A stretch of 64,000 nt of DNA from Eledone cirrhosa (taxonomy: Eukaryota), in the NCBI GenBank assembly GCA_964016885.1, contig OZ024740.1, positions 146,568,001 to 146,632,000 on the forward strand, written 5' to 3'. The notes below the pieces were generated by a model, which saw only the letters and a list, made by a program, of their open reading frames with translations, was not told the origin of the DNA and made no database searches. Shown here piece after piece: positions 48,838 to 64,000 of this stretch (positions within the stretch are counted from its first letter, which is position 1; every line of letters starts with the position of its first letter). The translations under genes were made by a program, and so were the position numbers.

Positions 48838-51618
48838 TTTGTTATACTATTTATGGTTATGTAAATACAAAACCTTAAGCAGTTGTAAGTATTTTACACA
48901 CACCCTAAATAGTGGTAGGCAGTATTGTATTACTACCTTATTACCAGTAAGTTAAGTAGCTCAATGTAAAAACATCAGATGATTTACAGAGCAGTTATAT
49001 GAAATATAAGAATCAAAGAACAGTTCAAAACATTATTGTGCTTACAGCTGTTTCCTCCAAACCGAGGTTTGGATTCTTCGGAACAATTTATTAATGCATG
49101 GACAGTTATATGACCTCCTTTTCAGCCGAGAGACATACCAATACATATTCAAACATTGATACATATTCAAACCTTATGGGTCAACATTCATTACAGAATT
49201 TAGAGTGGCAGTACACACTTCGAGATTACATTTATATTAATAGGTACAATCAAAAATCAAAAATATAGGTTAAAATACAACATGAAGATAAGCGGTTATA
49301 TAGTGCAAATGTTATATGTGTGGCACGCATGTGCGTCTTGTTTATATAGTGTGGCAGAGAGATATGTGTGGTAGAGGCACTTAGGTAGGTAAATAAGAGT
49401 GTTAGGTTGGTAGATCTGGTGGCAAATTCTTTATATGATTGATATAGTCTGTGTGTGGAGAAATATTATAAGCATTAAAGATAGTGCAAACATTAAAAGT
49501 GTTATAAGTAATGGAGATGCACAGCGCAGGGATGTCAAGTATTTCATGTACTTCGGCATTTTCATGGTCAGGGGAGTGTATTTTTCGATTATATGCCCTT
49601 CACATAATCCACGACAATCCAGTTAGAGATCGTAGTCTGGTGTTCTTTAGTTCGATACAGGAGGTTGTTACGTTTCTAGAAACGCCATTGAATACCGCCC
49701 GGAAGTGTGTGTGTGGCTAAGGGAAGTTAATGCATGCGGGGAGGTAACTCTGGGGTTTCTATATCTAGCCATTAAAATGTGTCCCAATATAGACCCTAAA
49801 TTCTATGGTGATGCGCATCTTCCAAGAGAGAATTTTAAAGTGTATTAACTATAGAGTAGTTTAATTAAGTTATGCTGAAGGTGATCAAAATATTATGGTG
49901 GATTAACCCATCTTAAGGTGCCACAAATGGAAATCTGTATATAGAAGATAATATTGTGTGTCTCTCGTATACCTCTGTATACTAGAGACACACAATATTA
50001 TCTTCTCCAACCGTAACCTTCTTAACAAAAAATCTGAGGTGTTTGCAACTTGCCAGCACCGCCTCAGACATTCCTTCCAAAACTTTAAGCCCAATATATA
50101 GCAATGTCGGACTGGAACCTAACACCACATCTAGCATCAAATACCAGAGACACACCTTATACTACATACCCAACACTAACTGATCCATTATAACACAAAC
50201 AACGACATCCCTCTGGAACCCTTCGCAGGGAGAATACCCATTTATACCTCTACGGCAGGTGTGACAACATCCACCCACTTGAACGGCTCTAGGGGTAATT
50301 TGAGCATGAATTGATCGGTTGGATAGTGTTGTGCAGAGGAAACACCTTCCTTAGACGGATGTAAAATGATTTATTCGAGTAGCGCTGTTGACCAGTAGGA
50401 CCGGACTGCTGAGCGCAGTGAGTGAATGCATTGCAACTGCCGTGCGGGTTGTACGTATATGGATGATCTGACGGTCAGAGAGGGGTCGCGAGGACTGCGG
50501 ATTGACCTTTGGCCGGCCTGGGGATGATTATCTTTCGACATCAAATGTAGCAAGCGATAACCCAGATCCTACCAGAGATCATTGGGTCCTGAAGCAAGCC
50601 TGCAATCACCGCGCCTGGTCATATGAGCAGACTACAACCACAGAGATCATTAATTTAGAATCCTCGCTCATCATCTATAATTTCCATTTGTGGCACCTTA
50701 AGATGGGTTAATCCACCATAATATTTTGATCACCTTCAGCATAACTTAATTAAACTACTCTATAGTTAATACACTTTAAAATTCTCTCTTGGAAGATGCG
50801 CATCACCATAGAATTTAGGGTCTATATTGGGACACATTTTAATGGCTAGATATAGAAACCCCAGAGTTACCTCCCCGCATGCATTAACTCCCCTTAGCCA
50901 CACACACACTTCCGGGTGGTATTCAATGGCGTTTCTAGAAACGTAACAACCTCCTGTATCGAACTAAAGAACACCAGACTACGATCTCTAACTGGATTGT
51001 CGTGGATTATGTGAAGGGCATATAATCGAAAAATACACTCCCCTGACCATGAAAATGCCGAAGTACATGAAATACTTGACATCCCTGCGCTGTGCATCTC
51101 CATTACTTATAACACTTTTAATGCTTGCACTATCTTTAATGCTTATAATATTTCTCCACACACAGACTATATCAATCATATAAAAAATTTGCCACCAGAT
51201 CTACCAACCTAACACTCTTATTTACCTACCTAAGTGCCTCTACCACACATATCTCTCTGCCACACTATATAAACAAGACGCACATGCGTGCCACACATAT
51301 AACATTTGCACTATATAACCGCTTATCTTCATGTTGTATTTTAACCTATATTTTTGATTTTTGATTGTACCTATTAATATAAATGTAATCTCGAAGTGTG
51401 TACTGCCACTCTAAATTCTGTAATGAATGTTGACCCATAAGGTTTGAATATGTATCAATGTTTGAATATGTATTGGTATGTCTCTCGGCTGAAAAGGAGG
51501 TCATATAACTGTCCATGCATTAATAAATTGTTCCGAAGAATCCAAACCTCGGTTTGGAGGAAACAGCTGTAAGCACAATAATGTTTTGAACTGTTCTTTG
51601 ATTCTTATATTTCATATA
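48835..51618 (+). mobile_element. 5'-truncated Penelope-like element with ~940-bp inverted repeat
   Basis: Arms 48996-49934 and 50680-51618. The spacer encodes LCILETHNIIFSNRNLLNKKSEVFATCQH..FKP*, homologous to the end of the 42244 GIY-YIG ORF. Hammerhead-like CCGAAGA..GAAAC-AGCT-GTA at ~51529-51575. Confidence 0.82.
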
Positions 51619-51619
51619 T

Positions 51620-55555
<3,936 letters not shown>

Positions 55556-55587
55556 AAAAGGTATGACCCCGACGGCAGAGTTCAAGC

Positions 55588-56123
55588 CGTTTCGACGGCT
55601 ATTTCTGGACTGAAATAGCCGTCGAAACGTATACATGCTTATATTTAAGTAACAGCCGTACTAAGAGTGAGAAATGAAATTTCGTTTCATTTTTTCCGTT
55701 TATTGTTTTTGGTACCCCGGCCGATTAACTCACTCGATATGCAAATTAGGCTGCTCAGCCGTTAATATGCATAAGGAAAATATATACTTTCAGACGTTCA
55801 ACCATCTGGCAGGAAGGTATACGTTGCTGACGATAGCTAATAAGCTTAAAACTAGTACAGCGTTCCTTTGTCAGTGTTGAATAAATGAGCAACGATGGTT
55901 GCTAGACACTGTACGGCTTAATTCGGGATGTTTGTTTACAAACACACCGAGCATTATAATAAATGTTCGGTTAATCCATACAGACATATATATATGTGTG
56001 CATGTATGTATATATATACATACTACTGTACGTCTGTATACATATATGTATGTACGTATACATGCTTATATTTAAGTAACAGCCGTACTAAGAGTGAGAA
56101 ATGAAATTTCATTCATTCTTTCC

Positions 56124-56128
<5 letters not shown>
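55588..56128 (+). mobile_element. Non-coding repeat with ~70-bp direct terminal repeats and an 18-bp 5' hairpin
   Basis: Direct repeats 55628-55700 and 56055-56128; hairpin 55588-55629; body matches 40518-40865. Confidence 0.75.
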
Positions 56129-56162
<34 letters not shown>

Positions 56163-56189
56163 AATACACACACATACACTAACACATGC

Positions 56190-57245
56190 ACAATATTAAG
56201 AAAGGGATGTTGAAGACTAATGAGCATGGAGAATGGAAAGTTAAAGAGCAATTAGGTTAGTAAACGGAAAGGGAGGTGATACATATGTGGCCAGTGAAAG
56301 AAAGAAGAGTGGGGAGTGATTTTGCTGGCCGAAGCGTCTAGAATAGATAAGTTAAAGAGTAATACATTTTCTTACAGAGCTGACCCATATGAAAAAGTTA
56401 AATTGGTGAATCTGATAGTATATAGTCTGGCGGCAATAAGATCTTGGCAGTTGGAGGTTGGGTAGGAGCTATAGGTTGAGTTGAAAGAGAGAAGTAGCAT
56501 CGAACCTAATGCTAGTCATAGAGGAAACTAGTATTTCAATTAAGCATTTAAAGTGGTTTAAAGGAAAAATGTTATAGGGTGAGGTTATCTAGATAAGGGA
56601 AGAGGTCTTATGCTAATCAGAGAGATACCTAGCGAAGGTATGTAAAGCCTTGTGTTGGCAATTAAAAATTCTATCATCGTGAGAGTTTAACAGATCTCAG
56701 TCAATCATAATCTCCATTAGCGCCATCACACAAAGGTCGCAAGAGCACCATTCACTTTGGTATGGGCGGGCAAACCTTAACACTGATCAGGAGAGTATAT
56801 ATTCCGTATTGTTTCGTTTCAAGTCCCAGATGTTTTTTGCGAGGGCGATTGATTTACTCAGCCCGGAACTTTTGAATGAAAGTGAGTGCACATAGCATCT
56901 CTTCTTAAAAAAAGTTGCACCCACAAACTTATACGTCTCCAAATTAGTTCTGACCACACACTGGTAAATCATGTTCCCATACATGCACTTTCCATTTAAG
57001 GGACAGTTGATGGGTTGTCTGCAGTTACAGCGTGTCCGTGCATAATGCATGGGGTCGTTGTTTGTACCTGTATTTGGGGTGGTATCCGAAGTGTGGGGAG
57101 GTTGTGTTAGGTTCGCATGTACATTATATGGTTTATCCGAGAGGGTGGACAAATCCTTGTTCAGTGTGGAGGGTTGGGAAACCGTTCATGTGGTTGTTCC
57201 GGTAGTAGAATTAGAGATTAGGTTTTGGTTAGGTTGTACGTTTCT
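56190..57245 (-). mobile_element. Penelope-like fragment (Cys linker, decayed GIY-YIG, 3' UTR)
   Basis: ORF 56787-57152: CNC..CPLNGKC..MIYQC..KFVGAT..IWDLK, homologous to the 42244 ORF. Confidence 0.8.
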
Positions 57246-57252
57246 CCCTATA

Positions 57253-57362
<110 letters not shown>

Positions 57363-57482
57363 AATATATATAGTGATAATAATAAATGTGAATACTAAAA
57401 TCCAAAGAGGGCTCGATAAGGATAAATACATATCAAATATATAAAAACCATAGAGCAAATATTTATTAAAATAACATTAAAA

Positions 57483-57950
57483 TTTAAGCAAAGATCGCTG
57501 CTTTCACTCTTAACAGATCTTCTGAAACTTTAAAAAAATCAATCTGTGAACGCAGAAGTAAATATTTCGAAAAACGTTGCAGCCGAAGGAAAACAGGAAG
57601 ACGATACTTTGGTTTGTGAAGACGTTTCCTGGCAATGAACGGAAAAAAGCGAAGATAATACGTCGTTATGTGGAGCGTTGGGAACAATTACACGCAGAGA
57701 CAAAACGATTTATACCATAAACGTGGTTTTGTCTTTGCGTGTAATTGTTCCCATCGCTCCACATAACGACGTATTATTTTCGCTTTTTTCCGTTCATTGC
57801 CAGGAAACGTCTTCACAAACCAAAGTATCGTCTTCCTGTTTTCCTTCGGATGCAACGTTTTTCGAAATATTTACTTCTGCGTTCACAGATTGATTTTTTT
57901 TTAAGTTTCAGAAGATCTGTTAAGAGTGAAAGCAGCGATCTTTGCTTAAA
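57483..57950. repeat. Foldback of Helitron-derived sequence, ~230-bp arms
   Basis: Mirror ORFs 57484- / 57745+. The arm is homologous to 41185-41293 inside the non-autonomous Helitron. Confidence 0.9.
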
Positions 57951-58314
57951 CCACATGAACGGTTTCCCAACCCTCCACACTGAACAAGGATTTGTCCACC
58001 CTCTCGGATAAACCATGTAATGTACATGCGAACCTAACACAACATCCCCACACTTCGGATACCACCCCAAATACAGGTACAAACAACGACACCATGCATT
58101 ATGCACGGACACGCTGTAACTGCAGAAACCCCAACAACTGTCCCTTAAATGGAAAGTGCATGTATGGGAACATGATTTACCAGTGTGTGGTCAGAACTAA
58201 TTTGGAGACGTATAAGTTTGTGGGTGCAACTTTTTTTAAGAAGAGATGCTATGTGCACTCACTTTCATTCAAAACTTCCGGGCTGAGTAAATCAATCGCC
58301 CTCGCAAAAAACAT
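57949..58314 (+). mobile_element. Inverted duplicate of the Penelope-like fragment 56829-57194
   Basis: ORF 57992 is nearly identical to ORF 56787-57152 on the opposite strand. Confidence 0.9.
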
Positions 58315-61300
58315 TTTAGCCAAATTAATTCCACCTCATTCAAACAACAATACATTTTACCCAAATTAATTCCACCTCATTCAAACAACAATACATTTTA
58401 CCGAAATTAATTCCACCTCATTCAAACAACAGTACATTTTACGGAAATTAATTCCACCTCATTCAAACAACAATACATTTTACCCAAATTAATTCCACCT
58501 CATTCAAACAACAATACATTTTACCCAAATTAATTCCACTTAATTCAAACAACAATACATTTTATCCAAATTAATTCCACCTCATTCAAACAACAATACA
58601 TTTTACCCAAATTAATTCCACCTCATTCAAACAACAATACGTTTTACCCAAATTAATTCCACCTCATTCAAACAACGATACATTTTACCCAAATTAATTC
58701 CACCTCATTCAAACAACAGTACATTTTACCCAAATTAATTCCACCTCATTCAAACAACAATACATTTTGCCCAAATTAATTCCACCTCATTCAAACAACA
58801 ATACATTTTACCCAAATTAATTCCACCTCATTCAAACAACAGTACATTTTACCCAAATTAAGTCCACCTCATTCAAACAACAATACATTTTACCCAAATT
58901 AATTCCACGTCATTCAAACAACAATACATTTTACCCAAATTAATTCCACCTCATTCAAACAACAATACATTTTACCCAAATTAATTCCACCTCATTCAAA
59001 CAACAATACATAATACCCAAATTAATTCCACCTCATTCAAACAACAATACATTTTACCCAAATTAATTCCACCTCATTAAAACAACAGTACATTTTACCC
59101 AAATTAATTCCACCTCATTAAAACAACAGTACATTTTACCCAAATTAATTCCACCTCATTCAAACAACAATACATAATATCCAAATTAATTCCACCTCAT
59201 TCAAACAACAATACATAATACCCAAATTAATTCCACCTCATTCAAACAACATTACATTTTAGCCAAATTAATTCCACCTTATTCAAACAACAATACATAA
59301 TACCCAAATTAATTCCACCTCATTCAAACAACAATACATTTTACCCGAATCAATTCCACCTCATTCAAACAGCAGTACATTTTACCTAAATTAATTCCAC
59401 CTCATTCAAACAACGGTACATTTTACGCAAATTAATTCCACCTCATTCAAACAAAAATACATTTTACCCAAATTAATTCCACCTCATTCAAACAACAGTA
59501 CATGTTACCCAAATTAATTCCACTTCATTCAAACAACAATACATTTTACCCAAATAAATTCCACCTCATTCAAACAACAATACATTTTACCCAAATTAAT
59601 TCCATCTCATTCAAACAACAATACATTTTACCCAAATTAATTCCCCCTCATTCAAACAACAATACATAATACCCAAATTAATTCCACCTCATTCAAACAA
59701 CAATACATTTTACCCAAATTAATTCCACCTCATTCAAACAACAATACATTTTACCCAAATTAATTCCACCTCATTCAAACAACAGTACATTTTACCCAAA
59801 TTAATTCCACCTCATTCAAACAACAGTACATTTTACCCAAATTAATTCAATCTCATTCAAACAAACATACATTTTACCCAAATTAATTCCACCTCATTCA
59901 AACAACAATACATTTTACCCAAATTAATTCCACCTCATTCAAACAACAATACATTTTACCCAAATAAATTCCACCTCATTCAAACAACAATACATTTTTA
60001 CCGAAATTAATTCCACCTCATTCAAACAACAATACATTTTACCCAAATTAATTCCACCTCATTCAAACAACAGTACATTTTACCGAAATTAATTCCACCT
60101 CATTCAAACAACAATACATTTTACCCAAATTAATTCCACCTCATTCAAACAACAATACATTTTACCCAAATTAATTCCACCTCATTCAAACAACAATACA
60201 TAATACCCAAATTAATTCCACCTCATTCAAACAACAATACATTTTACCCAAAATTAATTCCACCTCATTCAAACAACAATACATTTTACCCAAATTAATT
60301 CCATCTCATTCAAACAACAATACATTTTACCCAAATTAACTCCACCTCATTCAAACAACAATACATTTTACCCAAATTAATTCCACCTCATTTAAACAAC
60401 AATACATAATACCCAAATTAATTCCACCTCATTCAAACAACAATACATTTAACCCAAATTAATTCCACTTAATCAAACAACAATACATTTTACCCAAATT
60501 AATCCCACCTCATTCAAACAACAGTACATTTTATCCAAATTAATTCCACCTCATTCAAACAACAGTACATTTTACCCAAATTAATTCCATCTCATTCAAA
60601 CAACAATACATTTTACCCAAATTAATTCCACCTCATTCAAACAACAATACATTTTACCCAAATAAATTCCACCTCATTTAAACAGCAATACATTTATACC
60701 GAAATTAATTCCACCTCATTCAAACAACAATATATTTTACCGAAATTAATTCCACCTCATTCAAACAACAATACATTTTACCCAAATTATTTCCACTTCA
60801 TTCAAACAACAATACATTTTACCCAAATTAATTCCACCTCATTCAAACAACAATACATTTTACCCAAATTAATTCCACCTCATTTAAACAACAATACATA
60901 ATACCCAAATTAATTCCACCTCATTCAAACAACAATACATTTAACCCAAATTAATTCCACTTCATTCAAACAACAATACATTTTACCCAAATTAATCCCA
61001 CCTCATTCAAACAACAGTACATTTCATCCAAATTAATTCCACCTCATTCAAACAACAGTACATTTTACCCAAATTAATTCTATCTCATTCAAACAACAAT
61101 CCATTTTACCCAAATTAATTCCACCTCATTCAAACAACAATACATTTTACCAAAATTAATTCCACCTCATTCAAACAACAATACATTCTACCCAAATTAA
61201 TTCCACCTCATTCAAACAACAATACATTTTACCCAAATTAATTCCACCTCATTCAAACAACAATACATTTTACCCAAATTAATTCCACATCATTCAAACA

Positions 61301-64000
61301 ACAATACATTTTACCCAAATTAATTCCACCTCATTCAAACAACAATACATTTTACCCAAATTAATTCCACCTCATTCAAACAACAATACATTCTACCCAA
61401 ATTAATTCCACCTCATTCAAACAACAATACATTTTACCCAAATTAATTCCACCTCATTCAAACAACAATACATTTTACCCAAATTAATTCCACATCATTC
61501 AAACAACAATACATTTTACCCAAATTAATTCCACCTCATTCAAACAACAGTACTTTTACCCAAATTAATTCCACCTCATTCAAACAACAGTACATTTTAC
61601 CCAAATTAATTCCACCTCATTTAAACAACAATACATTCTACCCAAATTAATTCCACCTCATTCAAACAACAATATATTTTACCCAAATTAATTCCACCTC
61701 ATTCAAACAACAATATATTTTACCCAAATTAATTCCACCTCATTCAAACAACAATACATTTTACCCAAATTAATTCCACCTCATTCAAACAACAGTACTT
61801 TTACCCAAATTAATTCCACCTCATTCAAACAACAGTACATTTTACCCAAATTAATTCCACCTCATTCAAACAACAATACATTTTACCCAAATTAATTCCA
61901 CCTCATTCAAACAACAATAAATTTTACCCAAATTAATTTCACCTCATTCAAACAACAATACATTTTACCCCATTTAATTCCACCTCATTAAAACAACAAT
62001 ACATTTTACCCAAATTAATTCCACCTCATTCAAACAACAATACATTTTACCCAAATTAATTCCACCTCATTCAAACAACAATACATTCTACCCAAATTAA
62101 TTCCACCTCATTCAAACAACAATACATTTTACCCAAATTAATTCCACCTCATTCAAACAACAATACATTTTACCCAAATTAATTCCACATCATTCAAACA
62201 ACAATACATTTTACCCAAATTAATTCCACCTCATTCAAACAACAGTACTTTTACCCAAATTAATTCCACCTCATTCAAACAACAGTACATTTTACCCAAA
62301 TTAATTCCACCTCATTCAAACAACAATACATTCTACCCAAATTAATTCCACCTCATTCAAACAACAATATATTTTACCCAAATTAATTCCACCTCATTCA
62401 AACAACAATATATTTTACCCAAATTAATTCCACCTCATTCAAACAACAATACATTTTACCCAAATTAATTCCACCTCATTCAAACAACAGTACTTTTACC
62501 CAAATTAATTCCACCTCATTCAAACAACAGTACATTTTACCCAAATTAATTCCACCTCATTCAAACAACAATACATTTTACCCAAATTAATTCCACCTCA
62601 TTCAAACAACAATAAATTTTACCCAAATTAATTTCACCTCATTCAAACAACAATACATTTTACCCCATTTAATTCCACCTCATTAAAACAACAATACATT
62701 TTACCCAAATTAATTCCACCTCATTCAAACAACAATACATTTTACCCAAATTAATTCCACCTCATTCAAACAACAGTAAATTTTACCCAAATTAATTCCA
62801 CCTCATTCAAACAACAATACATTTTACCCAAATTAATTCCACCTCATTCAAACAACAATACATTTTAACCAAATTAATTCCACCTCATTCAAACAACAAT
62901 ACATTTTACCCAAATTTATTCCACCTCATTCAAACAACAGTGCATTTTACCCAAATTAATTCCACCTCATTCAAACAACAATACATTTTACCCAAATAAA
63001 TTCCACCTCATTCAAACAACAATACATTTTCCCCAAATTAATTCGACCTCATTCAAACAACAATACATTTTACCCAAATTAATTCCACCTCATTCAAACA
63101 ACAATACATTTTACCGAAATTAATTCCACCTCATTCAAACAACAATACATTTTACCCAAATTAATTCCACCTCATTCAAACAACAATATATTTTACCCAA
63201 ATTAATTCCACCTCATTCAAACAACAATACATTTTACCCAAATTAATTCCACCTCATTCAAACAACAGTACTTTTACCCAAATTAATTCCACCTCATTCA
63301 AACAACAGTACATTTTACCCAAATTAATTCCACCTCATTCAAACAACAATACATTTTACCCAAATTAATTCCACCTCATTCAAACAACAATACATTTTAC
63401 CCAAATTAATTTCACCTCATTCAAACAACAATACATTTTACCCCATTTAATTCCACCTCATTAAAACAACATACATTTTACCCAAATTAATTCCACCTCA
63501 TTCAAACAACAATACATTTTACCCAAATTAATTCCACCTCATTCAAACAACAGTAAATTTTACCCAAATTAATTCCACCTCATTCAAACAACAATACATT
63601 TTACCCAAATTAATTCCACCTCATTCAAACAACAATACATTTTACCCAAATTAATTCCACCTCATTCAAACAGCAGTACATTTTACCTAAATTAATTCCA
63701 CCTCATTCAAACAACGGTACATTTTACGCAAATTAATTCCACCTCATTCAAACAACAATACATTTTACCCAAATTAATTCCACCTCATTCAAACAACAAT
63801 ACATTTTACCCAAATTAATTCCACCTCATTCAAACAACAATACATTTTACCCAAATTAATTCCACCTCATTCAAACAACAATACATTTTACCCAAATTAA
63901 TTCCACCTCATTCAAACAACAATACATTTTACCCAAATTTATTCCACCTCATTCAAACAACAGTACATTTTACCCAAATTAATTCCACCTCATTCAAACA
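58311..64000. repeat. 41-bp satellite array (~139 copies, continues beyond the window)
   Basis: Consensus CATTTTACCCAAATTAATTCCACCTCATTCAAACAACAATA; period 41 (e.g. 58321 to 58362). Confidence 0.99.

Noticed and set aside
58311-64000. CRISPR-like array
   Set aside because: Contiguous 41-bp monomers with no unique spacers, no cas genes, eukaryotic context: this is a satellite.

Overview
AT-rich, microsatellite-dense animal genomic DNA. Repeat style and the C2H2 exon suggest a mollusc, possibly an octopus; this is inference. The only clear host gene piece is a six-finger C2H2 zinc-finger terminal exon (7973-8753). The rest is mostly transposable elements: RTE LINE fragments; tRNA-derived SINEs; TTAA-flanked MITEs; a nearly intact ~8.9 kb Helitron followed by stacked non-autonomous Helitrons; a second, decayed Helitron; a full-length Tx1-clade LINE inside a (TATC)n tract; a CRE-like endonuclease relic; a Tc1 element with IR/DR ends; several Penelope-like (GIY-YIG) remnants with inverted repeats; and a 41-bp satellite running off the right edge. 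Best novelty candidate: the first Helitron has a complete type I hammerhead ribozyme ~27 nt after its RepHel stop codon and appears to encode an N-terminal Ulp1/C48-like protease. Also notable are apparent (TATC)n targeting by the Tx1 family and templated local DNA at Penelope inversion junctions. Boundaries were read by eye and may be off by a few bases, more for decayed elements.
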